From an uncultured Spirochaetota bacterium (GTDB lineage Bacteria; Spirochaetota; Brevinematia; Brevinematales; JAOACQ01): a DNA stretch of 64,000 nt. The DNA lies in the NCBI GenBank assembly GCA_963783575.1, contig CAWAOD010000009.1:320001-384000 (forward strand). Direction: 5' to 3'. How positions within the stretch are numbered: position 1 is the first letter of the stretch; each line of letters starts with the position of its first letter. Position numbers and translations under genes: made by a program. Of this stretch, positions 30,592-41,091 are shown piece by piece. Below the pieces are notes generated by a model. The model worked only from the letters and a program-made list of their open reading frames with translations, made no database searches and was not told the DNA's origin.

Positions 30592-33390
30592 ATGAACTCT
30601 CTTTTAAGAATTCAAATAAAATATATTATTTTAATCATCCTTATGATAATTCAGTGGTTCCACGGTTATCTATATTCCGACAGTCCCTTCGGCGGTCTCT
30701 ATGATCCGGGAAGAAAAATGTCGATCATATCTACTAAATATTTTGACATAATATTCTCAAAAGAATCCGAAGGCACCGCTGTTTACCTTGCCGGCATATC
30801 GGACAGTATTTACGAACGTCTTAATGGATTGCTGGTATCGAAGCACAAAGAAAAAATAACGGTAGTTATCACTTCGGATGTGCAGACTGAGAACGGCTTA
30901 ACCACACTTCTGCCTTATACTGAAATTATCCTGCTGGATTATCATATCGATACTGCTTGGGCCAATGAAAAAGAATACTTTAAGGATGTTTTTACCCATG
31001 AACTGACTCATGCAATTTCGCTCAATATCAGAAGTGGCGAGTTTGAGAAACTTTCGGGGATTTTTGGCAATTATATGGCTCCAAACCTTACAATGCCCGA
31101 ATTTATGATCGAAGGTGTCGCTGTGAGTTTTGAGAGTCTCGAAGGAAACGGCCGGGTTAATGAGCCCGCGGTTCAGGAGCAGATTAAGCAGGACATCATT
31201 GAGAACCGCTTTAAAAACCTCTCCCAGGCAAGCGGTCCCTATGACCTTTACCCATTTGGTAATGTTTATTATTATTATGGAGGACTCTTTAATCATTACA
31301 TTCAGGATAAATACGGTATAACCAATTATAATGAACTCTGGATCCGGAACGGCGGAGATTTTCCATATACCTTCCCGGCAGTTTTTAAATATATATACGG
31401 CAGCTCGCTGTTTAGTGAATGGAATCTGTTCAGGGATTATCTCAGGCCTTTTTATTACATTTTTAATAATACAAACATTTTGTTTCCTGCGTCTTCGCAA
31501 GTTAAATTATCCATAAGAACTCCCGGGTTGTCAAAAAACAGGATATATTTCTGTGATGACTTTGACCATGATATAAAATATTTTGATCCGGATAATAAAA
31601 ATTACGGAGAGATACTCGATTTTCCCGGAGATGTATCAGTATCTGAAGACGGGAAATTCCTTCTGATTACAGCGAATACGGCCAGGGACGGAGTAATAAA
31701 AAATTTCACAAGAATATATGATATCGAAGAAAGAAAGTTTGTAGAAAATTCATACAAATATAAAATAGTTGGTTCTGTCGATATGAATCCGATAGGAGAC
31801 GCATGTTTTTTTGAAACCGGCGATGAAAATGAAAAATATATTGTTGCCATCAGAGCAAACGGACATAAGTCCGATCTGGTATTGATTAAAGCGGACGGAA
31901 GCAAGCCTGAAACACTTTTATACGGCAATGAATCAGTATCATACAGAACCCCGGTTCAATTGAACGGCAATGAAATCACATATATAATTTCAGACAATGG
32001 AAATAAAAAAATCGGCATATATAATATCAAAACTAAAGAAGCCTTCGTACTTGATATTCCATTTATTCATATTAATAGTGTTTCAGCCTGCGAAGGGAGA
32101 ATTCTATTTAATTATAACGACGATTATTCTTTTTATAAATTGGGAATAATTGACGGTACAAACATGCTTATCGAAACAAACAATATTTCCGGCGGTGTTT
32201 TCAACCCGATGCTGAAAGGAGAAAACATTTATTATACCGGAAAATTCTCGGAAAGCGATAAGCTGATGAAATATCCGGCCGGACTATATGACAAAGATCA
32301 GTCAAACGGTTATACCCTTATCATCACTAACTGTTCTGTAATAAAATGGGATACTTTGATGATTAGTTCCGGCAATTCAAACAATTCAGATTTTCAATTT
32401 GAGGAAAAGCCTTATAATAGCCTTCCCTATTTATTACCTCATTTCTGGATACCATATTTTACTTTGGGGAATCATCTTATTCCTAACAGTCTCGGCTTTT
32501 ATACTGTTCTAATCGATCCTTTGTTTCAGAATATGATTTCTCTTTATTCTACTTATAATTATTTTAAAATATTCCAGAACATCAACTTAAACTGGAATAA
32601 CACCGCCTTACCTTTAAATTTTAATATAGTTTTTTCTGATACTCTCCCGTATTATTATTCAACAGGCGATTATATCAGGCAAACAATGACATCGTTGGAC
32701 CTTAATAAAATATATTATTTTTTCCCGGACAGCCGTTATTTTAAGATTGGCGGCACTATTTCCTGTTATCAATGGTCACCTGACAATGGAAAATTTTCGG
32801 CATATTATTGGGACATGGATTATAATTCTACAATTTCAACATTTTATGCGGCTTTTTCAACATCGGTATCAAAATACCAATTTTATTACAATAAAGGATA
32901 TAATGTAACGGCATGGTTCGATTATAATATCAACATGGGTGTGTACAAAGAGGAAATAAATTTAAATGCATTTACATCAGTTATTCCTGTATCCTTTAGC
33001 TTTAACGCTGCTTACAGCCCATGGAAAATATTCAACCTTGGTTCGGATAATTTTTACTTCGGAAACAATCATTACTCATCTTACTATGAGTATCAGTATT
33101 CTGCAATGGCTTCCGCTTATTTTATAAAATCGGATTTAAATATGCTTCTTTTTGACTTGGAAATTCAACAGGGAGCCTGGTTAATACCGTTATATTTTAA
33201 CCGGATATATCTGACCGCCGGATATAGAAACGCTTATCTCAATCAAAATTATTTCCATTCGGTTTATTCAAGATTAAGCTTTGGATCATCAATATTATAC
33301 GGGGCTGTTTCACCCTCATTTTACATTGAAGGATATTACGCTATAACAATGAATGGATGGGGATTTGCATATAATTTTCAATTATTATAA
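30592..33390 (+). CDS. Large exported protein: HExxH metallopeptidase-like domain, propeller-like middle, probable C-terminal beta-barrel
   Basis: Signal peptide; FTHELTH...IEGVAVSFES; aromatic-rich alternating C-terminus. Confidence 0.65.
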   Translation: MNSLLRIQIKYIILIILMIIQWFHGYLYSDSPFGGLYDPGRKMSIISTKYFDIIFSKESEGTAVYLAGISDSIYERLNGLLVSKHKEKITVVITSDVQTENGLTTLLPYTEIILLDYHIDTAWANEKEYFKDVFTHELTHAISLNIRSGEFEKLSGIFGNYMAPNLTMPEFMIEGVAVSFESLEGNGRVNEPAVQEQIKQDIIENRFKNLSQASGPYDLYPFGNVYYYYGGLFNHYIQDKYGITNYNELWIRNGGDFPYTFPAVFKYIYGSSLFSEWNLFRDYLRPFYYIFNNTNILFPASSQVKLSIRTPGLSKNRIYFCDDFDHDIKYFDPDNKNYGEILDFPGDVSVSEDGKFLLITANTARDGVIKNFTRIYDIEERKFVENSYKYKIVGSVDMNPIGDACFFETGDENEKYIVAIRANGHKSDLVLIKADGSKPETLLYGNESVSYRTPVQLNGNEITYIISDNGNKKIGIYNIKTKEAFVLDIPFIHINSVSACEGRILFNYNDDYSFYKLGIIDGTNMLIETNNISGGVFNPMLKGENIYYTGKFSESDKLMKYPAGLYDKDQSNGYTLIITNCSVIKWDTLMISSGNSNNSDFQFEEKPYNSLPYLLPHFWIPYFTLGNHLIPNSLGFYTVLIDPLFQNMISLYSTYNYFKIFQNINLNWNNTALPLNFNIVFSDTLPYYYSTGDYIRQTMTSLDLNKIYYFFPDSRYFKIGGTISCYQWSPDNGKFSAYYWDMDYNSTISTFYAAFSTSVSKYQFYYNKGYNVTAWFDYNINMGVYKEEINLNAFTSVIPVSFSFNAAYSPWKIFNLGSDNFYFGNNHYSSYYEYQYSAMASAYFIKSDLNMLLFDLEIQQGAWLIPLYFNRIYLTAGYRNAYLNQNYFHSVYSRLSFGSSILYGAVSPSFYIEGYYAITMNGWGFAYNFQLL

Positions 33391-33482
33391 AACCCTATTT
33401 TTTATTGATTATTTATATAACTCTAACTATAATTTCATATTGAAGCGCGTGCTTTAATCAATATTTAACAACGAGGCATAAA

Positions 33483-34979
33483 ATGGAAATGACAAATCCC
33501 GAAAACAGTATTAAAAGCGTAATATTAAATAGTAACCCTATTGTTTTCAGATTTAATAACGGCAGCAAGAAAAATATGGAAATATTGATCAATGCCCTTG
33601 ATAAAATACTCAATGAAACCCGAAAATCTTTTATGAAAGCCCCGCTGGAATATATAGTCAGGGAATGTGTCTATAATGCCGATAAATCAAATTACAAAAG
33701 AATACATTTTACCCATATGAATCTTGATATAAAAAATTCGGACGATTATTATACAGGCATAAAATCTTTTGCCAATGATTACCGTGAAAAAATCGATGTC
33801 TATACCAAGGAATTGGAAAATTATAAGTACTACACGGAAGTGGAATATCTGATAAAGGACAATATTCTGTCCATTATTGTGAAAAATAATAATTTGCCTA
33901 TTTCACAGGAAATTGCCAAGGTACAGAAATTATTGGAAAAATCTAAGGCAATCAGGGATGTTGCCGAGGCTTACATGGCAGTCGGCGATTCATCCGAAGG
34001 CGCGGGACTCGGATTGATTACAATAATTTTGATGCTGAGAAGTCTTGGTCTTGACGAAAAATCGTTCCGTTTTTCAATTGACCGGCCAAGAAATGAAACG
34101 GTAACCAAAATAGATATACCTTTAAATTCTATTGCAGAAATGCATCTTGAGGAATTATCGGATATCATAGCTAAAGAAATAAAGTTCCTCCCGCAATTCC
34201 CTGAAAAGCTTACAGAACTGCAGAAAGTATTATCAAGTAAAGAAATTGATTTTTCAAAGGTTGCCGGGGTCATTCAAAGTGATATTCTTCTGACAGCGGA
34301 ACTTCTTAAGATCGTAAACTCCGCTCAATATATGCTTCCTCAAAAAGTCGGTAACATTATGAATGCTATTTCCCTGATTGGGATTAAAGGCCTTAAAAAT
34401 TTGATCTATTCATACGGCGTTCAGAATATTATGATCAAACATTACGGGCAGCTCGACGAACTCTGGACTCATTCGTACCTGTGCGCTTCTTATGCTTATA
34501 ATATTGCAAAAAAATACAAGATGAAAGACATTATGGATGACGCATATATCAGCGGAATACTCCATGATATTGGTAAAATCATCATCTATAACTCACATCC
34601 GGGACTCATAGGCAGAATCAACTCATTCAGTAAAGAAAAAGGAATTGAGGGAAATATAATTGAAAATATTTCTCTGGGAAGTAACCATGCTAAAATTGGA
34701 GCTATGATGGCGCAAAAATGGAATTTCCCCGATAATATCGTATCCGCAATCGGATTTCATCATCAGCCGCAACTTTCCAAAGATGAACACCGGATTATTA
34801 CATCTATTGCATATCTTGCAAATATGCTGACAAGGGCTCATAGGCAGGATTTTTCAATTATGGATATTGAAAAACCGGTACTTGAAATATTCGGCATTAA
34901 GAGTGAAATTGAACTGAAAGCCCTTATTGATGAATTGAATGACCTTTATAAGCTTCAATCAAGAAAGGATAAGGAATAA
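33483..34979 (+). CDS. HDOD domain signalling protein with N-terminal HATPase-like region
   Basis: NADKSN...GAGLGL; LLKIVNSA, WTHS, GILHDIGK, HAKIGA...WNFP, FHH. Confidence 0.85.
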   Translation: MEMTNPENSIKSVILNSNPIVFRFNNGSKKNMEILINALDKILNETRKSFMKAPLEYIVRECVYNADKSNYKRIHFTHMNLDIKNSDDYYTGIKSFANDYREKIDVYTKELENYKYYTEVEYLIKDNILSIIVKNNNLPISQEIAKVQKLLEKSKAIRDVAEAYMAVGDSSEGAGLGLITIILMLRSLGLDEKSFRFSIDRPRNETVTKIDIPLNSIAEMHLEELSDIIAKEIKFLPQFPEKLTELQKVLSSKEIDFSKVAGVIQSDILLTAELLKIVNSAQYMLPQKVGNIMNAISLIGIKGLKNLIYSYGVQNIMIKHYGQLDELWTHSYLCASYAYNIAKKYKMKDIMDDAYISGILHDIGKIIIYNSHPGLIGRINSFSKEKGIEGNIIENISLGSNHAKIGAMMAQKWNFPDNIVSAIGFHHQPQLSKDEHRIITSIAYLANMLTRAHRQDFSIMDIEKPVLEIFGIKSEIELKALIDELNDLYKLQSRKDKE

Positions 34980-35007
34980 AAGTTTTAATGAGGAACTTAC
35001 ATTAATT

Positions 35008-36126
35008 ATGTTGAATCTGCTTGATTTAACTTTCAATGAAATTAAAAGCCGTTTTATTGATGAAGGCTTGCCTTCTTTCCGTTCCGATCAGATAATCAAC
35101 TGGATATACAAAAAATTCACTTATAATTTCGAATCCATGTCTGACATTCCGGCAATATTAAGACCGGAATTATCATCCAGGTATAATATAATAAATTTAT
35201 CGCTTCTTGATAGTATTTCATCAAAGAACGGAGACACAATAAAATTCCTTTTTGAAACCGCGGATAAAAATCTTATTGAAGCGGTATTGATCCTCGCCGA
35301 TGATGACATTGATGAACCGGATAGCTCAAGAATGACTCTATGCGTTTCATCGCAGGCAGGCTGTCCTATCGGGTGCAGGTTTTGTGCCACAGGTTTTCTG
35401 GGATTTAAAAGGAATCTAACTGCGGGTGAGATAATTTCAGAAGTTCTTATCACGGAACAATTCATACAAAATATTGATAAAAATCAATTTAAGATTTCTG
35501 GAAGGAGTCATGACAAAATCACAAGGAAAATATCCAATATCGTTTTTATGGGTATGGGCGAACCTCTATTAAATTATGAGAATGTGTTAAAATCTATAGA
35601 AATCCTGAACTTTACCGGAGGTTACAACCTTGGCAACAGGCATTTTACAATATCTACGGCAGGCATCATTCCTGGTATTGAGCTATTAAAAAAAGAAGCT
35701 TTGCAGTTAAGGCTTGCTGTTTCGCTTCACTCGGCTTTTCAATCAAAAAGGGAAACGTTAATGCCGCTTGCCGTGACTTATAATTTAAAAAATCTTATTC
35801 TTTCGCTAAAGGATTATCAAACCGTAACTGAAAGAAGGATAACATTCGAATATGTCCTGATCGAGGGGGAGAATGACAGTGAAAAAGACGCGGCTGAATT
35901 AAAACATTTATTAAACGGGCTTGATTACAACCTAAATGTTATTGAATACAACCCGGTTGAAGAGATATCATTCCGGCCTCCTTCCGAATCAGGCATCAGG
36001 CAGTTCAAAAATTTCCTGAAGAAGTATAATATTCCATATGTATTCAGAAAAAGCAAAGGCCGAGGCATCAAGGCAGGCTGCGGACAGCTCGGCCTCTACT
36101 GGAAGAACAGGCATCAAGCTTCCTGA
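35008..36126 (+). CDS. rlmN: 23S rRNA m2A2503 methyltransferase
   Basis: CVSSQAGCPIGCRFCATG, FMGMGEP, SLHS, FEYVL, AGCGQL. Confidence 0.95.
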   Translation: MLNLLDLTFNEIKSRFIDEGLPSFRSDQIINWIYKKFTYNFESMSDIPAILRPELSSRYNIINLSLLDSISSKNGDTIKFLFETADKNLIEAVLILADDDIDEPDSSRMTLCVSSQAGCPIGCRFCATGFLGFKRNLTAGEIISEVLITEQFIQNIDKNQFKISGRSHDKITRKISNIVFMGMGEPLLNYENVLKSIEILNFTGGYNLGNRHFTISTAGIIPGIELLKKEALQLRLAVSLHSAFQSKRETLMPLAVTYNLKNLILSLKDYQTVTERRITFEYVLIEGENDSEKDAAELKHLLNGLDYNLNVIEYNPVEEISFRPPSESGIRQFKNFLKKYNIPYVFRKSKGRGIKAGCGQLGLYWKNRHQAS

Positions 36127-36452
36127 GAAGTCAGCATTTCAGAAAATTTAATTTGAGGAAGCAATTGATATTTTTCGGGAATTTTGTTTAAGACCTCATC
36201 ATAAACTTCCATAACAGATATGAAAGTTTCTTCTTTAAAAATAATAAAATAAAGAGTGTCTTCCTTACCCGGAAACACAAACAGGCTTTTACCAAAAGGG
36301 AAGAGTTCTCTTCTTATATTGGCTATCTTTTTAACAAAGTCTTTCATTTTCAAGATTTTCGGCTTAAGCCTCATATGAAATAATAAAGTAATTTTTATTC
36401 TTAAAAATATTTGAGTAAACTTGATTATTAAATTTTTCAAAAAGCTTTTCAC
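36114..36452 (-). CDS. Hypothetical protein
   Basis: 112-aa ORF with GTG start and RBS-like aaggg; no recognisable motif. Confidence 0.5.
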   Translation of the reverse strand: MKSFLKNLIIKFTQIFLRIKITLLFHMRLKPKILKMKDFVKKIANIRRELFPFGKSLFVFPGKEDTLYFIIFKEETFISVMEVYDEVLNKIPEKYQLLPQIKFSEMLTSQEA

Positions 36453-36599
36453 ATAATCAACCCTTCATATTTCTTTAATATAAATATTTTATTTTGTTCT
36501 TTTTGCTTTTGATTTGATATCGATTGATCCCAGATCCGGGTTAAAAACATAAGAACATCCCTTCACAAATCGAGCCGCGGATTGGTAAATTGACGCCGG

Positions 36600-36992
36600 C
36601 TATCTTTCCATGGTCACATTCTGAGAACCGCACAGGGGACAGTTTATATCAAAAAGATCATTTTCTTCATCTGTTTCTGAAATAAAATCAACCCATTTAT
36701 GCCCGCATTCTTCACAAATAAATCTTGCTTCCAGTTCTTCATCGATCTCATTCATATCATCGTCCAGAAAATCATCTTCCTGCTCATCTAACTCATCATC
36801 AAGGTCTTCCTCTTCAGCGTCAGCTTCATCAACATATAAATCATCTAAATCATCATAATCATCATCCAAATAAGAAGAATCCCCACCTTCCTCGTCTTTC
36901 GATATAAACTGGTCCACATAGTCGAAATCATCAAGATCGTCAAACTCCGCGTCATCAGATATCGAATTGCCGATCACATCCTTCATGTACAT
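36600..36992 (-). CDS. Highly acidic protein with C-terminal zinc ribbon
   Basis: About 85 residues dominated by D/E, then CEECG...CPLCGS; RBS aaggag. Confidence 0.8.
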   Translation of the reverse strand: MYMKDVIGNSISDDAEFDDLDDFDYVDQFISKDEEGGDSSYLDDDYDDLDDLYVDEADAEEEDLDDELDEQEDDFLDDDMNEIDEELEARFICEECGHKWVDFISETDEENDLFDINCPLCGSQNVTMER

Positions 36993-37126
36993 AAATTGCT
37001 CCTTATTTTTTCTACATTAATATTATTATCTTTATTTCAGATATGTCAAGAAAATTTAGATAATTTTTTTTGCAATTAAATTGAAGGCTCATTATAATAT
37101 ACATCCCTTACAAAAGGAATGGAGTT

Positions 37127-37465
37127 ATGTCGGATTGTCTTTTTTGTAAAATTGCAGCAAAAGAAATGAAGGCAGATATTGTCTACGAAAACGAAAAAGT
37201 TATTGCTTTTAATGACATTAATCCCCAAGCGCCTGTTCATATTGTTATTATTCCAAAAAAGCATATTGCTACATTAAATGATGTGGACGATTACTCCGTT
37301 TATACAGATATATTTAAAGCAGTTTCTATATTGACCAAAGAAAAAGGAATCCGTGAAAATGGATACAGGATTGTTGCCAACTGCAACCGTAACAGCGGCC
37401 AGACTATATTCCATATCCATTTTCATCTGCTTGGCGGAAGGGTTTTTCGCTGGCCTCCAGGCTAG
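37127..37465 (+). CDS. hinT: Histidine triad nucleotide-binding protein
   Basis: DCLFCKI, DINPQAPVH, GQTIFHIHFHLLGG. Confidence 0.9.
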   Translation: MSDCLFCKIAAKEMKADIVYENEKVIAFNDINPQAPVHIVIIPKKHIATLNDVDDYSVYTDIFKAVSILTKEKGIRENGYRIVANCNRNSGQTIFHIHFHLLGGRVFRWPPG

Positions 37466-37553
37466 CCGCTAGTCTCTGGCTGTTAGGCATAAAGACAAAT
37501 AATTTGAAAACAAAATGTTTTTTTACGATAATTATTATAAAGAGGTGATTTGA

Positions 37554-37766
37554 ATGCTTCTAATCGATTTGAGAGAGAATGAGTCAGTGGATTCGGCACT
37601 GAAAAGGTTTAAAAAGGAAGTGGAAAAGGATGGAATATTAACGGAAGAAAAAAAACACCGTTTTTATGAAAAGCCGTCCGAAGCAAGAAAGAAAAAGATA
37701 TCCACTGTTCAAAGAAAAATCGAGAAAAAGATACGCAAAATGCGGCTTATGAGCCGGTACATTTAA
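37554..37766 (+). CDS. rpsU: 30S ribosomal protein S21
   Basis: ESVDSALKRFKK...FYEKPS. Confidence 0.93.
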   Translation: MLLIDLRENESVDSALKRFKKEVEKDGILTEEKKHRFYEKPSEARKKKISTVQRKIEKKIRKMRLMSRYI

Positions 37767-37852
37767 TAAACGGCCTGCGCCCTGATTATTTAAATGCCAT
37801 AGTTAAGTTCTCCATGAAGAGGTTTTCAATACGGCGTTTAGAGGAGGGTAAA

Positions 37853-38302
37853 ATGGGAATGTTCGAAGATATTCAAAGGCAATATATAGAAGCCAGGAAA
37901 AAACAGGACAAGTTTCTTGTTAATGTTCTGAGCATGCTGGTTTCTGAATTGAAATATGAAAAAATCAATAAGCAGAAAGATCTTGACGATGATGAAGTGA
38001 CGGCTTTTATACAAAAATCTATAAAACAGAAAAAAGAGGCGCTGGCAGAGTTTGAAAAGGCGCAGAGAGCCGATCTTATAGAAAAAGAAAGCGGGGAGAT
38101 AAATTTTCTTTCAAAGCTTCTGCCTTCGATGCTTTCTGAAAATGAAATAAGGGATATTGTACTGAAAGTAAAAGTAGAGCTTGGGGCAAATTCGCCTTCG
38201 GACATGGGCAAAGTGATGAAAGAAGCAATGGTCAGATTGAAGGGAAGAGCTGAAGGCGGTATCGTCAAGGATATTGTAAACGATGTTTTAAAGAACGGAT
38301 GA
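37853..38302 (+). CDS. GatB/YqeY domain protein
   Basis: RADL.EKE..E, DMGKVM, GRAEG; follows rpsU; RBS gaggag before ATG 37853. Confidence 0.9.
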   Translation: MGMFEDIQRQYIEARKKQDKFLVNVLSMLVSELKYEKINKQKDLDDDEVTAFIQKSIKQKKEALAEFEKAQRADLIEKESGEINFLSKLLPSMLSENEIRDIVLKVKVELGANSPSDMGKVMKEAMVRLKGRAEGGIVKDIVNDVLKNG

Positions 38303-38408
38303 TTGAATCCAATAATAAAATAACTCGGCGAATTACCGGATATATCCGTTAATTCGCTTTTTTTTTTGATCATTAACAGTATATTTGAAAACCGCATAGG
38401 AGAATTTT

Positions 38409-39266
38409 ATGAGATTTGAATTTACAAAAATGCAAGCACTTGGCAATGACTATATATTTATTAACGGTTTTAAATATCCGGAAATATTAAAAACCGCATC
38501 GGAATTATCTGTAAGATTATCAGACCGTCATTTCGGTATCGGCGGGGATGGGATTATTTTTTTACTGCCTTCCCAAAAAGCCGATCTCGGAATGAGGATT
38601 TTCAACTCTGATGGAAGCGAAGCCGAAATGTGCGGCAATGGAATCCGCCAGCTTGCATTATATGCTATTAGCAATAGAATTATCTCAACATTAAATATGA
38701 AGATAGAGACCTCGGCAGGTATTAAATATATCGAAGAAATTAAAACCAATGACAATACTTTCGCCGTTCGGGTTAATATGGGGAAACCCGTCCTGGAACC
38801 AAAGAAAATACCCGTTATTGCAGAATTAAATACCGGCGGATTTGCAAAAATCGTTCTGGGGGTAATTGATAAAAAAATGGAATTTACAGTTGTATCTATG
38901 GGTAACCCGCATGCAGTAACATATGTTGATAATTTAAATTTATTTGATATTAAGAAATATGGTGAATTTATTGAAAATATGACTGCCGTATTTCCGCAGA
39001 AAACCAATGCCGAATTCATTGAAGTAATATCGGATAAAGAAATTAAAATGAGGGTATGGGAAAGAGGGAGCGGTGAAACGCTTGCCTGCGGGACAGGTGC
39101 TTGTGCAAGTGTTGTTTCATGTGTTCTAAACGGTTTGACAAAAAGAGATGTCCTTGTAAATCTACCTGGCGGCATTCTTAATGTAGAATGGTCTAATGAC
39201 GGCAATGTATACATGACCGGCGGAGCAGAAAAAGTTTTCGACGGAACTATCAATATTGCAACATAA
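38409..39266 (+). CDS. dapF: Diaminopimelate epimerase
   Basis: FTKMQALGND, NSDGSEAEMCGNG, MGNPH, WERGSGETLACGTG. Confidence 0.95.
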   Translation: MRFEFTKMQALGNDYIFINGFKYPEILKTASELSVRLSDRHFGIGGDGIIFLLPSQKADLGMRIFNSDGSEAEMCGNGIRQLALYAISNRIISTLNMKIETSAGIKYIEEIKTNDNTFAVRVNMGKPVLEPKKIPVIAELNTGGFAKIVLGVIDKKMEFTVVSMGNPHAVTYVDNLNLFDIKKYGEFIENMTAVFPQKTNAEFIEVISDKEIKMRVWERGSGETLACGTGACASVVSCVLNGLTKRDVLVNLPGGILNVEWSNDGNVYMTGGAEKVFDGTINIAT

Positions 39267-39267
39267 T

Positions 39268-39293
39268 AGCTTGCCCTGAGTGCATACGAAGGG
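39268..39293. repeat. Empty copy of the GCCCTGAG...CGAAGGG repeat targeted by the IS
   Basis: agcttgccctgagtgcatacgaaggg matches the reconstructed IS target sites at 39365-41095 and 48664-50395. Confidence 0.65.
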
Positions 39294-39381
39294 TTGCATC
39301 CATATATTAAACAATAAATTACAATATAATCAATATATTAATAATTGACTTATAATGCTCAAGAAGCCTGCCCTGAGCATG

Positions 39382-41072
39382 CAGACTGTGTGAAAACACA
39401 GTAAATATGCTATAATTATTAGAACAAAAATAATCGGAGTAAAAGATGAAGCATATTGAGGGAGAATCAAGGGATCAGATAGTTCTGTTCAATGAAACAC
39501 TGGAAGATCTGTTAGGAGAAGAAGATCCGGTAAGGTTTATAGATATTTTTGTTGATAAGCTAAATATGAAAGGAGTTGGTTTTAAAGTAAAAGAAGCATC
39601 AACCGGCAGAAGTTCATATAAATCCGAAATACTTTTAAAAATCTATATTTACGGATATTTGAATAAAATCAGGACAAGCAGGAAATTAGAGAGAGAGTGC
39701 CGAAGAAACACAGAGTTGATGTGGCTGACTGGACGACTAGCGCCGGATTTCAAGACGATTGCCGACTTCAGGAAAGATAATAAGAAGGGAATACAGTCGA
39801 TATTCAGAGAATTTTTGAAGATATGTCATAAAGCCGGGCTTTTATCATTTGACGTTGTTGGAATTGATGGAACCAAGATCAGTGCGCAAAACCACAATAA
39901 CAATGTTTATCATAGGAAAAACATAGAAGAAATCATACATAGAATAGATCAAAAGATCGAAGAATATTTGAATGAGATGGATAAGAACGATAAGGAAGAA
40001 AAGAATGAATTTGAATTTCTTTCCGGAAAGATAGCGGAACGTTTAAAGAAAATGAAAACAAAAAAGGATAAAGTTGAGGCTATTAAAAAGATTTTTGAGG
40101 GAAATCCTGAAATGGAGAAATATTATTCAAATGACCCGGAAAGCCGGTTTATGAATGATAAAGGGAAATCCGACATTGCATATAATCTGCAGATGGCAGT
40201 AGATGATGCGAATAAACTGATTGTGGTGATTGATGTGACGAATGAAAACAATGATATCAAACAGATGGCAGGAATGTGTGACCGAGTAGAAGAAATAAAG
40301 GACGAGCTTAAGGTAGAGACTGAAACGGTCAAAGTATCGGATGCCGGTTATTACAGCGAACCGCAGATACTGGAATGTATAGATAAGGGACATAACGTAT
40401 ATATGCCGAATCCGGATGACGGACATAAGGCAAGGATTCGAGGCAAAGAAGATAATAAAGGAGTACCTGCTGAAGAATACCAGGTTGATAAATTCAAATA
40501 TGATCCGGGACAAAATGTTTATTATTGTCCGGAGGGAAACCCATTAGTGAGAAATGGGAAAAAAGTAGAGAAGGTCAATGGAGGAAAAGAGATAGTCAGG
40601 TACAAGTGCGGCTTATGCAGCCAATGTGAAGTAAGAAATAAGTGTACTGAAAGCGTGGAAGGACGAAGTATCAAAGTACCAGTTAGAAAAGAAGAAATTG
40701 AGAACTTCAAGAGGAAAATTCGTTCTGAAGCCGGGAAAAAGATCATAGAGAAAAGGAAAGAGATATGTGAACATCCATTTGGATCGATAAAAAGGAATAT
40801 GGGTTACAGTTATTTTTTAATGAAGGGAAAGGATGGCGTTCTGACGGAATCCAGTTTGGCAGGATTCATTCATAATTTAATAAAAGTATTGAATATATTG
40901 GGAATAAAGAGACTTATGACTCTGGTTTGATGCTAATAAACCATCGTTTATCGTATTCGGATAGATTTTTGAAACTAAGATTTTTTTAGCTTGAAAAATA
41001 TATCAAAAAATGGAGTTTTTGTATAATTAATCGATTTTACTATAAAATTTTACTGAGTTTTCACACAGTCTG
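39382..41072 (+). mobile_element. IS1182-family insertion sequence, copy 1 (1691 bp)
   Basis: Terminal IRs cagactgtgtgaaaac / gttttcacacagtctg; flanked by atg/atg. Confidence 0.92.
39446..40930 (+). CDS. IS1182-family transposase
   Basis: YGYLNKIRTSRKLE, PDFKTIADFR, GIDGTK, SDAGY, CEHPFGSIK. Confidence 0.93.
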   Translation: MKHIEGESRDQIVLFNETLEDLLGEEDPVRFIDIFVDKLNMKGVGFKVKEASTGRSSYKSEILLKIYIYGYLNKIRTSRKLERECRRNTELMWLTGRLAPDFKTIADFRKDNKKGIQSIFREFLKICHKAGLLSFDVVGIDGTKISAQNHNNNVYHRKNIEEIIHRIDQKIEEYLNEMDKNDKEEKNEFEFLSGKIAERLKKMKTKKDKVEAIKKIFEGNPEMEKYYSNDPESRFMNDKGKSDIAYNLQMAVDDANKLIVVIDVTNENNDIKQMAGMCDRVEEIKDELKVETETVKVSDAGYYSEPQILECIDKGHNVYMPNPDDGHKARIRGKEDNKGVPAEEYQVDKFKYDPGQNVYYCPEGNPLVRNGKKVEKVNGGKEIVRYKCGLCSQCEVRNKCTESVEGRSIKVPVRKEEIENFKRKIRSEAGKKIIEKRKEICEHPFGSIKRNMGYSYFLMKGKDGVLTESSLAGFIHNLIKVLNILGIKRLMTLV

Positions 41073-41091
41073 ATGTGTAGGGGCACGCTTG

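Noticed and set aside
38528..39253. Long antisense ORFs (also 30898..31500, 58465..59073 and others)
   Set aside because: Shadow frames of well-supported genes on the opposite strand.
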